This document shows, piece after piece, positions 13,793 through 25,900 of a stretch of 64,000 nucleotides of DNA. Each line of letters begins with the position of its first letter. Position 1 is the first letter of the stretch. The position numbers and the translations under genes are program-made. Under the pieces are notes generated by a model that saw only the letters and a list, made by a program, of their open reading frames with translations, was not told the origin of the DNA and made no database searches. This DNA comes from Antedon mediterranea (taxonomy: Eukaryota > Animalia > Echinodermata). The DNA is taken from the NCBI RefSeq assembly GCF_964355755.1, contig NC_092675.1:29732912-29796911 (forward strand). The letters are read 5' to 3'.

Positions 13793-15641
13793 ATATACAT
13801 TTCCTCCAAGGCATGATGTAAACATTTTACTCACTTGGTTTTTCAGGAAGGGAAAAATTGAAAGTTGGTGGAGGAATGTGGCACTCACAGACCCTTTCAT
13901 GGAGGAATCCATCGAAACATCTGCCTTGTTGTGACATGTGCTTAGAATATTTTTATTTGTAGAATCTGTGATACAAAATATTATATTTGTCTTTAATAAA
14001 TATTAAGGAGAAACGTTTATGCGACACGGACAATCTCTATTCAGAGACAAACAAGCAGCTAATACTAGTTAAATCAGTAGCACTTTACATCAATTATCAT
14101 AAAATTAAACTTTGAACATTTCTGCAGGTAGGTAATTATAATATAGCAAGTCATAGTCTTGATCTACTGAAAAACATACTTGAATTTTAACTTACCATAT
14201 GAAAATAATATTCCCAAATTAAGGTTTAATTATATAAACTTGAGTGTTCTTCTACATCGAGCAAACTGTTGTTGTTAAAGCTGAAAGAAATGTAAAAAGG
14301 CTTTAGTAATTATTAGAGAATTGCTATTCTTTTACTGTATCCTTTACACACATTAGATCCAAATATACTGAACTGAACCTAAACTGAAGACCTTTTGGGA
14401 TTAGGTTAGGCCTACCGTACAGTACCAGTAAATGATTTACGCTCAGTTTACATTATCTAGTTTGAAAAAAACAGCTTGATGTGTCCAATGGCAATGATAA
14501 TGACAGCATTTAAAAAAAAAAAAATTTAATATAGGCCTACTATCTTACCAACTATATAGTATAAAGTATAAGTAGCTCTACTGTATAGTAAAGTAGCCAC
14601 ACTAAATCAGGAAGGAGGTATAAACAAAAACAGTACACATACTGTATCTACCAAAACCCCAAAAAGATGCAGTTCTTATCACCAAGTAAACATACCTTAA
14701 TATTATTGGTTGAATTTGTCTCCGTCCTACATATTCTAAACAAAACAATAAACAACCGATCCGAGAGAGCAACAGTGTATCAACCAAATACGTTTCTCTA
14801 TTAAATAAACAATGAAGTTGTTGTAATCCACAAATAGAGGGCGCACCATCTGTAATTCCAATTGTCAGATGAAGGAATTTCCTTGTATCATACAGTACAG
14901 TATTATATAATTATGAATATTATAACATGCATAATAACATAATTTATATAATACCATATTTAGAATTATACCGTACTTTATCAACATTATTTACTGTTCA
15001 AATAACTATTCAATTGTTTCCATTGTGTATACAAATTATTTTTATATTTTATATAATATTGTCTGTACAGTAGTAGTAGAAGATTTTCTGATTTTTATAT
15101 GAATTAGACCAATAAAAGATGAGTTAAATCAAACCATGATTTTTATTAACTATTAAAAATAAATATCTAATTAACTAACAATAATACAACATAAACATAA
15201 AAAATTAAAATTAATAAAATAACTCCTGAATTATTATGCAATTTTAAACTAATTTCATAGTGTGTAAAGTATTTTCAAATACTCTACAGAAACATTTTAC
15301 AGCATACTTAAACTATAAAAAAATGTACTTTAAATTAAAGGTACTGTAGTACATCCTTTAAACTGTTGGAGTAAATGACCCAGAGTTTAGTTCGTAGAGG
15401 AGAGTCAAGGGAGGGCTCAGCTGTTCACAATGCAGCCCACTCAACAATCCTGCTTCCGTGGTTTCAGTTATAATGGGTATTTTGGCAGCTGAGCATATAC
15501 ATTCCTTTTCTCTGTGCCTATAAGTTCCTTTTCCCTGTGCCTATAAGTATTTCTTGGCTAGCATTTTAAGAATCTTGAGCAATTGGTAATAGTCTTACTG
15601 GTCTACTAGCATATATTTGTATGCTAGCATCTTCTTAATGT

Positions 15642-16702
15642 CTAAGATTCTTGCATGCTCAATTGTGGGTAGACTCTGTAGGCAGCATATCTCCCTGCAT
15701 ATATCACATAACCCCAGGCCAGCATTACTATGGCAGCAAGTACCTGAAACATTGAACAAATTAAAAAAAATTGAGAGAAGACGTACAACACAACAAGCCC
15801 TTATATAAAGAAAACACAATCCACCAGTCAACTACACAATTCATATTATTAAATACGCCTTTTTCATGAAATGGAAGACATCTTCGATCGATAACATTCA
15901 ATGCTGTGCAGGGAGAGCATATCTTCAGAGGACAAGTTACTTTTTAAAAATTCTTAATTCCGTAACACTAACAGTCTTCTTGTGGACAAAATTGTTACTG
16001 TAAATGTTCTTAAAAGATTAGTAGCTTTCTTTCAGACTAAAAGTAATAGTATGGTATTGAATCCCCCTGGAAAACAATAAGGTTTATCGCAAATAGCTTC
16101 TACAATGCATGATGGGAAGGGTTTGGGAGCAAACGTCACGACGTGTACGTACGTATATACGTACGCGTCGTGACGTTTGCTCCCAAATCCTTCCCACCAT
16201 GCGTCGCGCACGCTATTTGCGTTATTGAAAAATTGTTTTGTGAAAAACCCGTATTAAAGACCTATGCAGGCTAGTAGGCTAGGTAGAACAGCACCCGAAT
16301 ATGTAGTACTAACTAGGCCAGCCTTACCTGGCCTGCTATGATGTGTGCGCCAAACATACACCGCCTCACTCAGGTCAGTAGTATAGGAGGCCGGCCTAGA
16401 GCCCACTGCTGGTGTAGACTGTAGGCAAGGTGGATTAAGCCTAGCTAGGCTACCTTAGCCTCTACTTCTAGGCCTAGACTCTAGGCTAGAGGCTCTAGCT
16501 AGCTAGGCTACGCTAGGCCTAGAGTAGTACTAGTAGTAGGCATAGATAGGTAGGTAGGCCTAGCCCTAGGCCTAGCCTAGCCTAGGCTAGATAGAGTAAG
16601 GAAGTATGTAATAAAAATACTGTATTAGGAAGTCTACACAATTGAAATGCAATTTACCAAAGAAATGAGCCGATCAACTGTTTGTTTGCTAGTTATTCTC
16701 AT
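15642..16702 (-). CDS. SMIM27: SMIM27-like small integral membrane protein, 48 aa, two coding exons
   Basis: Exon 16658-16702 (MRITSKQTVDRLISL, donor GTAAAT) plus exon 15642-15743 (acceptor TTTCAG; VLAAIVMLAWGYVIYAGRYAAYRVYPQLSMQES*). Aligns with remembered human SMIM27 MKPVSRRTLDWIYSVLLLAIVLISWGCIIYAS and lies divergent from TOPORS as in human. Confidence 0.85.
16086..16222. repeat. Imperfect ~135-bp palindrome (hairpin MITE-like) in the SMIM27 intron
   Basis: TGGGAAGGGTTTGGGAGCAAACGTCACGACG...CGTCGTGACGTTTGCTCCCAAATCCTTCCCA, with outer CGCAAATAGC/GCTATTTGCG. Confidence 0.85.
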
Positions 16703-16934
16703 GGTAATAATTTGGTTGTAAGGAATAAGAAAAACTCATCTTTACAAACGTAAACATGAACAACCAACCGTCGTTAGGCTAGCAGCTAGCTAGGCCGGCT
16801 GCATTGATTTTTTTGCGATCTTTGATTCGACGTTGAGGGCGATGTTTCGTATTTATTCTGGAACAAAACGGAAAGTACGATCGACTAGCCTACAACAAGA
16901 AGTGATTTTGATTTGTAGACACCCACAAAATAAG
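16703..16934. promoter_or_regulatory. Putative bidirectional SMIM27/TOPORS promoter and TOPORS non-coding exon 1
   Basis: CpG-containing stretch between the SMIM27 ATG (16702, -) and a + strand donor AAG|GTAATT at 16934/16935. Confidence 0.55.
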
Positions 16935-18173
16935 GTAATTTTGTGACAATTCTACTTCTTTCTAAAAAATAAATTGAATTATTATTATACTGATAATTAT
17001 ATAGTTTGTGTTAAGTACATAGATTTACAGATTCTGATATATTTTTAATTTTATAGTCGAGAAACATTGGTCTAAATTTTCGGATGCACTGTGCCTGTGT
17101 GTCCTGAGCCAGCGTCAAACACAGCAGTAACTGCTGGTTATTATCGACGAGAGCGGATGAGGTTTGATTTGACCCATCATGAGAAGCAGTCAGTAGGGGG
17201 ATTGTTTAGCCTAGAAAACGTTCGCTATATAATTATTCGTATTAATCCTTTCACAGTATAGTCACACTGTCAAGTAAGTATCTTTTGCAGAAAATGTTCA
17301 GCCTATTTTAATAATAATTCATAATTGTTATTTTATAACTTAAATTACAAATTTTAGTTTTACAAGCGAAGTGTAGTGACATCATAATTCACACTACAGC
17401 CTAGGGCCTAGGCCTATGTATGTGCGTGTTAATACAATATTAATAATATGATTTAACATACAGATCCTAACGAAATTAAGTAAAATTGTTGAAGATAAGA
17501 AACAAGAACAAGTCAGGCCGACTACAGGCTCCTAGAGCTGATACGTAAAGAAATCGACTGTCATTTGTATTGTACCAAATTCCATGCAAATTTTAGATCA
17601 TAATAAATAGCGCACATGCAATATATATATATATTTTAAAAAGTTTTTACAGTTTTTAAATGGGAATATAATTTTAAACCTAAATATAACATAATAATTT
17701 TAAGTGGGATTGATGTACAATTAATGTTTTTAATTGTAATTTTTATCTATGTATGATGTACTCTTGTGAATGTTTTGTTTATTTTACCATAATTATTTTC
17801 TGTCGAGGAAAACAATTTTTCCATGTACGCATTTTTATATATAGAACAAAAAAGATTTGATTTGATAAATGATTTCAGTGTGAACGCTACTCATTGTGAA
17901 TCATCTAACAATTGTGTCCAGTGCAAGGTGAAATCTAAAATAACAAAAGGTTGTGTGTGCGAAACTGATGTATAGTACAGTGTAACAATAGAATTGCATA
18001 ATACTAATTATTTTCAAAGTATGTTGGACTTTTGTTAGACTTTCCACAGGTCTTCAGTTAGGTTTTTTTTTATGTTATTGTTAAATATTAATATTTTCTG
18101 CTCAAGTATTATATGTTGTATGAAACGCCATGTATTGCATTGTATTGTTTCCTTTCTTTCAGACGATAATAAA

Positions 18174-20837
18174 ATGGCATCAAAAGAAGTTGTGATACCA
18201 CCTGAACAGACCACAACACCACCTGTATTGACGAAGGACAAGACAGAAGAAAATGTGCCACGCCCAGAACGAAGTTCTTCACCCGATGAAAACTGTTCAA
18301 TTTGTTTAAACCAATTTGAAAATCAGTCATTTACCGATCAATGTTTTCACAAATTCTGTTTTGTGTGTATTTTAGAGTGGTCAAAGGTCAAGGCGGTTTG
18401 CCCATTATGCAAGACCGCTTTCAAATCAATTATTCACAATATTGTTTCTAACGAGATTTACGATCAGTATCATCTTCAGCCAAATGCCCCAGCTACAGAG
18501 GAACATGAACAAGAGGTACGGAGATTCAGATATAGGACCACAGTGACTGATGACCACAGATATGCATGGGAGCGTCAACGAAACCATACATTTCTGCAGT
18601 TACCGCATGAAAATAGTAGATTTTACATGACTCATCATGAAGATCGGAGACGATTGCGTATTCAAAACCTGAGACGTTCCCTCGAGCAGAGTATTCGAAA
18701 TAACATGCGTTTGCAAAATCAGCGCAATGCTGCATATAATTTTCGTCGATATATCTACGGAGTTGGATCATATGTGAAGCAAACACGATTTAATCGGTTT
18801 TCAGGATATCGTGATATTTCACTTGGTTACTTCCAACGTAATCCTGCAGCGGCTTACCGGTTTGTGCCATGGTTACAGAGAGACTTGGGTGTGATATTTA
18901 ATGGAGATCAGAACCATGTACTTTTTGTTACAGAGTTGATCTTATCACTTATTCAACGTATAGATATCCAAACATATGAGTTCAGAAACAGTCTTGAAGG
19001 ATTTTTGCTCAGTAAAACTGATCATTTTGTTCATGAGTTCATCAATTTTGCACGTTCCCCGTATGATGTCACAACTTACGACCAGATGGCGCAATATAAT
19101 ACATCAAGACCTAGCGAACCCCCACCGGTGGATATTAACGAACCGTTGCTTGTCATCTCCAGTGATTCTGACACAGATGTCATTCTAGATTTGAGTTCCC
19201 ATTCAAGAGAAGAGGTTCTTCCCACTGCCTTCCCTCTGTTAGAATCTGACATTAATGTCATTCCTGGAACATCTGGATCCAGTAGCAATACACAGAATCA
19301 GATGGTGAAGCAGGAGAAAAAGGACACTACAGAAATAAATTTAACCAATGAATTATCTGATGTTGAGATCATTGGCTACTTACCACCTTATCGTGAACGA
19401 ACTCCAGTAGTGGTCACACTATCCTCTGACACAGAAGAGGATGAACAACCCACATGTAGGAAATGTGGCCAGCCTAAACACACTTCAAAGTGTAAGAAAA
19501 TTAAAAGAAAACCAAAAAATCCACATTGCATGTATTCAGCTTATCAATCTAGTTCTGCTGAAGATTTTAGTAGATCAAGTCAGTCAAGGAGTAGAAGTCG
19601 GTCAAGACCAAAGTCTGATAGAGTCAGCTCATCAAGAGATAAAAGTGTCACAAAAAAATTAATATCAACCTCGGCATCTTCATCATCTTCTGGCAATTAT
19701 TCGTCGGATACCGAAGATTATTCTAAAGATAAATATAACAAATCAAAATCTCGATCTCCATTTGAAAAATATGATAGTTCCGCTACGAAACATTGCAAAT
19801 CTTCCAACACTAGGTCTTACAAAAAACAACGTAGATCACGAAGTAGATCTGCAGGATTCGGATCACGTAGTAGGTCCCGTAGTAGATCACGCAGTATCTC
19901 TCACATTCGACAAATGTCACCATTCTACAAGACATCTAGAGATCGCTTCAGATCACGTAGCAGGTCAGGAAGTAGATCTCAAAGGACTCGCAGGTCTCGG
20001 ACTAGAAGCAGGAGTCGTGATAAAGAAGCTACCAGTAGATCCCACACCAGAAGTCACGAAAGAGACAATAGGCACAGGTCTTCTACAAAATTTGTAACAA
20101 AATTGTATTGGTCAGATGAATGTGACCAAAGTGCTGTGAATTATAGACAAGGTGATAATAATAAACATATTAGCAACAGAGAAAGTATAAAACGACACAG
20201 GTCATCGGAAAGAAGAAGCTCGTCGAGAAGCAGAAGTTACAGGTCGTCGTCGTCTTCCAAGAGTAAAGCATTATTTAAAAGAAAATACTTTCAAAAGGAA
20301 AGGTCAAAGGAAAGGTCAGTTGGAAAAATAGATTCTTCAAAAAGGCATAAACAGAGATCGAAAGAAAAACAAGAGGCAAGAAGAAAAAGAAGAGAGAAGA
20401 GGCAATTAGAAAAGAAGAAAAAAGCAGCTGGTGTTTCTAAAGATTTAATTGTTATTGATCTGACAGAATCTGCGGATGAAAAAGCAAGGAATAGAGAAGG
20501 TCAAGAAATGATAGATGACAGTTTATTATTTGAGGAAGAAGTTGGAACAGTGAACCAAGTTGAACATAATCTATCTTTTGGCCAAACCTCGGACGTTGGA
20601 CCAATGAGAGCAATGCTACTAGAAGATGTCACTCAGACGATTCCTCCATTGAATGTTGTAGATCCTTCGCTCGATGCTGTTGATGAAATATTTGGAAGGT
20701 CAGGCAACCAATCTTTAGAACCAATTCAAAAAACTGCTTTTGATTTGATGATAGAAGCAGAGAGAATGCGCCTTCAGGAGATGTTTGAGCAAAATCCTGA
20801 TTTAAGACGAGACGCCATGAAAGCTTACAATAAATAA
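18174..20837 (+). CDS. TOPORS: E3 ubiquitin/SUMO ligase Topors, single coding exon, 887 aa
   Basis: C3HC4 RING (CSICL...CFHKFCFVCILEWSKVKAVCPLCK), RRFRYRTT, PWLQRDL/HFVHEFINFARSPYD motifs, SIM-like motifs (LLVISSDSD, VVVTLSSD, LIVIDLT) and an RS-rich region. Acceptor TTTCAG at 18162 makes ATG 18174 the likely start. Confidence 0.95.
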   Translation: MASKEVVIPPEQTTTPPVLTKDKTEENVPRPERSSSPDENCSICLNQFENQSFTDQCFHKFCFVCILEWSKVKAVCPLCKTAFKSIIHNIVSNEIYDQYHLQPNAPATEEHEQEVRRFRYRTTVTDDHRYAWERQRNHTFLQLPHENSRFYMTHHEDRRRLRIQNLRRSLEQSIRNNMRLQNQRNAAYNFRRYIYGVGSYVKQTRFNRFSGYRDISLGYFQRNPAAAYRFVPWLQRDLGVIFNGDQNHVLFVTELILSLIQRIDIQTYEFRNSLEGFLLSKTDHFVHEFINFARSPYDVTTYDQMAQYNTSRPSEPPPVDINEPLLVISSDSDTDVILDLSSHSREEVLPTAFPLLESDINVIPGTSGSSSNTQNQMVKQEKKDTTEINLTNELSDVEIIGYLPPYRERTPVVVTLSSDTEEDEQPTCRKCGQPKHTSKCKKIKRKPKNPHCMYSAYQSSSAEDFSRSSQSRSRSRSRPKSDRVSSSRDKSVTKKLISTSASSSSSGNYSSDTEDYSKDKYNKSKSRSPFEKYDSSATKHCKSSNTRSYKKQRRSRSRSAGFGSRSRSRSRSRSISHIRQMSPFYKTSRDRFRSRSRSGSRSQRTRRSRTRSRSRDKEATSRSHTRSHERDNRHRSSTKFVTKLYWSDECDQSAVNYRQGDNNKHISNRESIKRHRSSERRSSSRSRSYRSSSSSKSKALFKRKYFQKERSKERSVGKIDSSKRHKQRSKEKQEARRKRREKRQLEKKKKAAGVSKDLIVIDLTESADEKARNREGQEMIDDSLLFEEEVGTVNQVEHNLSFGQTSDVGPMRAMLLEDVTQTIPPLNVVDPSLDAVDEIFGRSGNQSLEPIQKTAFDLMIEAERMRLQEMFEQNPDLRRDAMKAYNK

Positions 20838-21104
20838 AAATCCTCCAACTTGGTTTACTGTTATTTCCAGTATTGTGATTTGGACACATGTTTAAATTAT
20901 TATTTTTTTAAACTTTACTTTGCTATTTATATTTTGATGGTTACTTTATATGTTCAATGTTAATTTGTATGCTAAAAATTAGTTAAAATTGCTATAAAAA
21001 TAGAAACATGTTATTAAAATTAGATATCGTACCATAAAATTATAAAACATACATGAATAAAAAACCTTAAAACATTCACTTATTAAATATCTAAAAAAGA
21101 GCTA

Positions 21105-21410
21105 GTGGTGCCTATTAATTATATCCACCATGGTGGGAACTGGAGACGACCTAAGTCTGCTGGTTTTACAATGAGGTACTAGAAAGCGGTTGAATCTGAG
21201 AGACCGAGCTGACTAATGAAGAGGGGGAAGTATTTCTCTAAACAGCTCGGATTTTAATAAGCCTTCCCCGAAAGACAACACCAGTTTGTTTCTTCTCTCA
21301 ACAAGAGTAGGTAAACCAGTAACAGACAATGCATGATCATAGCACAAATAGTTGTTACCTAGCATGATTCGCAATGCTCTCTTTTGTACCTTTTCAATAG
21401 ACTTGGACAT
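21105..21410 (-). mobile_element. 5'-truncated CR1/L2-group LINE, ORF2 C-terminal fragment
   Basis: IEKVQKRALRIM...YDHAL...LPTLVERR...LPP followed by an in-frame stop and a CKTSRLRSSPVP tail. Confidence 0.85.
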
Positions 21411-22976
21411 ATCCTTATATAATATTTATATGTTTACTGAAATTCTCTCCCTCGGTATTACCTGTACTAATACCAGGGCTTGCTAATACACACACCAACA
21501 TTTTTGTTTTCACAAACCATTATGTGTGAGAGGCAGGGCTGGGGAAAGAAAGTGATATTAATGTACATTTGTACATTGTTTCTGTTTAAATGAAATTTAC
21601 AAATTAAATGTCGTGTTCACAAAACTACCATGTGATTATTATTTTGTGCTGTAGTAAGCATAGGCATGCTATTTCTCCCCATTACATGTTTACAAAACAA
21701 CAACAACTTGGCTCCTGCTATACTCTTAGTTCTGTTTAGTTTGACAAAAAAGTGATGTGCCCAAATATGGTAGTGATATGACATCATCATGTTCATATAT
21801 GGGCACATCACATTTGTTGTCACTAAAGTTTGATAGTGTAGACAGAGCTTAAGCAGCATTTAAATTGTGATCTCAGGGATTTTGTTTTCATTTCATTATT
21901 TTAACATTGCTTGATAAGTTTAAACAACATTTTAACCAAAAGTATGTATTACAATTATTTTCCTTGTTAATTGTATTCAATATATTTGACTACATACAAT
22001 AAATGAAATAATGTAGCAAAATAGTACTTATTTTAAGTTACAGTATTTTTATTTCTATAAATATTTCTTGTTAATATAATGATATAATTGTATAGTCTTA
22101 ATAAAGTTGACCTTGCTATGTTTTAAATATTTAAACAATTGCTGCATTGGGTTCAACTTAATTGAAGTACAGTTGTAATACAATAATAGTTTTTGTTTTT
22201 ATTTCGAATCTATATAAATACAATAAGCAAAATATATACAGGAATACACAATTAATTCTTAACACAGATTGGGTCCTAGAGCTAACTGTGTTATATGAGG
22301 GAATAGTGAAATTATAATATCACTCTTTCCTGGTTATAACATCTCAGATAACATATACTGTATAAAATGTAAATTCTTGGACTTTTTTTCTTTTTCAGTT
22401 ATAATTTTATTCCATGTTCCTAGCACGTTTGGTGGTTAATACACACTACATATGAGTTTATATTATTTATTAAAAATGTTTGTTTGATTATGAATGTACA
22501 TAATTGAATTAGAATAATAACTGTAGCTTGTTTTTGATAATATCAAAGCGGATGAAAGTAGTAAACATATTAAAGTCATCTATGCATATATTATTTTCAG
22601 TGTTTTATTTTCACCATGGATTTTCGCCAAAATATCTCAAAACAATCTCTGGAGTTCCTACTATATAGTACTAGACACGCATTGACGCAATTTTATGACG
22701 TGATGAAAAAAATATGTAAATATATTTATACTGTATAGAGATTAATCACACTACATGGAAGCAAAAATCAACTCTGACTATAAACTGTACTACATTCATT
22801 TTAATAAAGTTCAATATGTTTTGTATGCAACAACAAGGCTTATTTCTATTTAGGCACAGTGTTATTTTAATTAGTGATACATTTTATTTTTATGCTGTAG
22901 TGTTGTCATTTGATAACAAGACGAGTTCCTTTGCATTCTCTCCAGTAAATATACCGTGATAAATTAGTTTTGAAGT

Positions 22977-25900
22977 TCATCGTTTTAATCTGAGAAGAAA
23001 TGCGTGTCTACATTCCTTGCTTTCTTCCGGATAATACTTGTCATAAAAGTCTACGATGAATTCTTCAGGTTTGAATCCAAACCTCTGATATAAAAGCATC
23101 GCTGAATTGGTCGCAGACACATGTAGAGTTACGTCTTTACCCATGCAAGTCTAGCAAAAAACAGAAAGTAAACATATAAATTTAGTTTAACAGCAGCATG
23201 TGATCCATTGTGGGGCACTGAATTGTCTTACAGTTGTCACAGAAACCATACATTCCAACAGCCCACTTTAGCTAGGAGACTCCTGTATTTTAGACTCGTC
23301 TCCAAGCCTAACATTGTTTTCCACATTTTCTCCTGGAATACACAGATAACTAAATGGTGATGTATATGTGTGGTTTTCTGCATTGATAACAAAAAGGCAA
23401 ACACACAAGCAAAATTACAATATTTAAGCCATTGTATGTCCATCTACATCCATCATTTTTTTCTAAACGGAAAGGGGATCCCTCACATAGCCATAACGCG
23501 ATACCGCTTGTGACCTCCAGTTTTTTTAAACTTTAGATATATTGTATGACAACCCTACAAATAATAGAGTTCACCAATATTAAATAATACTAGTGTTTGT
23601 ACCTGTATAAGATGATAAACCATAAATGTAGCAATACCAGCACCTCTCCATTCAGGATGAACAAATAAAAATGATATATACGCCACATTATACTTAACAT
23701 CTGGTACCATGAACCCAAAACCGATCACAACCTTTTTATAAAGCGCCACCACGCTGAAGTCCGAATACTGTAAACATTCAGATACTGTCAAAGAATTTAG
23801 AAATAGTCCGTCAATTAATAATGTACTCCTCAGATACTAAATCTACGAATCATGTAAAGCTCTGCCTACACTATCAAACTAGTTTGACAAAAAAAAGTGT
23901 GGTGTGCCCAAATATGGTAGTGATATACCCAAATATAGTAGTGATATGACATTGTGTCCATAAATAGGTACATCACATTTCATATGTGCAAAAAATGTGA
24001 TGCCCATATATAGACACGATGAGGTCATATCACTATCATATTTGGGCACATCACATTAGTTTGATTGTTTGACAGAGTTAACAAATTAACAAACAAACCA
24101 GATTTATGAAACTTACAATCCACTCCTGGCCAGAAGAACTCTCTACATAGAGCATTCACAGAAGGAATGTGCTGTGGCCTTACATAGCAGTAGTCTATTG
24201 GTCCTAGAGGCTCGGGTATAAATGATGGATCCATCTTTGCCTTGTGAGACATCAATTCTTCTAATAAACGCAATTTCATTGGCCGGCTTTCAAAATCTCT
24301 TCTAATAAATGGTTTTAATACCCTGAAAGGATAGTAGTATCTTAACTCAAATAACTAATTGCTAAGCAATAGCACAAGTATTTAGATTGTTACTAGTAAC
24401 AATCCTACTGGGTACAATGATAAAAATAGTAAAATATATTTCTGTCCAAGACTAAAGCAATATTATTTTTTTTTAATAACAGTTTCCATGTACTAAAATC
24501 CAGGGAGCAGTTGACCAATGACATAAGGAGGGGAAGGGGGTGGTGGTGTTAGGAGGAGGCAGGGGCATTGGGGCTTGCTTCCTCACTTGGATCAAGGCAA
24601 TCTAACAATCCAGGATGCTGAGATCAAAGGGTTTATCTGTGGCTGCGACACGATCAGTTTGATGCCCTTCAACAGACTGTGACACATCACACTGCTGAGA
24701 ATATGTACATAGTACAGTACTGTCGGTATTTGTTGCAGCCAGACATAAGATCAAAGGAGTGTTACGAGTTCCTATCTTGGTAAGGCAACCTCAGTGTCCT
24801 GTTCGATTGCCTTGCTTGAATCTTGTTTTGGCAGGTTATAAGTCTCTGATGCGTAGGTTATTATTATTATCACAAAACTAATTATATCTCTATCTATTAT
24901 ATTATGCAAGTCCTACCTAGATGTATAAGGACTACAAATATTTTGTAATGACATCTCATCCTGACAACCAACAAGACGAGTGCGAAATGTAGGGTTCCTC
25001 ATCTTGTAATTCTTGACTGATGCTTGAGGTATCTATTCAATTGAAATTCAATTATATTGATTGCCACAAAAATACAGTATTATAATGTTATACAGTATAA
25101 ATCTTTTTTTTTTAAATTTATTTATTTTTTATTTATTCAATTTCTGCCATATACATAACAAAGAAGACAAAACAATTATAAAAGGAGGCACGGAAAGACC
25201 AAACAGGTGCTAAACACCTATGCTAGTTGGTCAACCCAGAACAGAGAAAAATAAATAAATTACGTTCTACAATAAAAGCATCGACAAGAAAGCGACCAAC
25301 TACACACATTTTCGATATCAAAATTATTTAAAAAATAAATATTGAGATAATTTTAAAGATAGCGCAGTAAAATTCTAAATAACTTTATAAATAGGTCTTA
25401 CCTGAAACCTGTCAAGAATCCTGAAGTCGGACGAGTAGCGTGTGATGTGTCCAGTTTTAGCGGTCATTTTTGGACTATGAACCTCAAAACACGAAGGGTC
25501 AATGGCAGTAGTGTTGGTGATTGATTGTAAGTAAGATTGTAGAGTTGCGTCTAAATCTAGCAAAGGGAGCCCTCGTTGTCTTTTCTCTTGACGTACTAGA
25601 AGCTTTCTACGTAGTCTTCGCGCACTAAGATCCGATTCAACGGCTTCGGGACAGTTTTCTAAGAACTTTAAAAGTTGTCTTTCTTCATAAATGCTGATTG
25701 GTAGAAACCTGGAAAAAGAGAGATAAAAACACCACAGAGAAAATAAAACTTGACACCATACACACAAAATGTAACAAAAAGTTATATAATAATAATAATC
25801 TTGCAAATCTTTGACATAGATTGTCATTGTGCAAACGTAATGTAAAGTAAACACTTTAAGATGTTGAAATATTTGCACACATACATTGATGTTTACACAG

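Noticed and set aside
16328-16357. Alternative SMIM27 first exon (MFGAHIIAGQ|GTAAGG)
   Set aside because: In frame with a good donor, but it lacks the similarity to SMIM27 shown by the 16658-16702 exon; unsupported without RNA data.
18072-18173. N-terminal extension of the TOPORS ORF
   Set aside because: Lies mostly upstream of a strong acceptor at 18162; intronic read-through.
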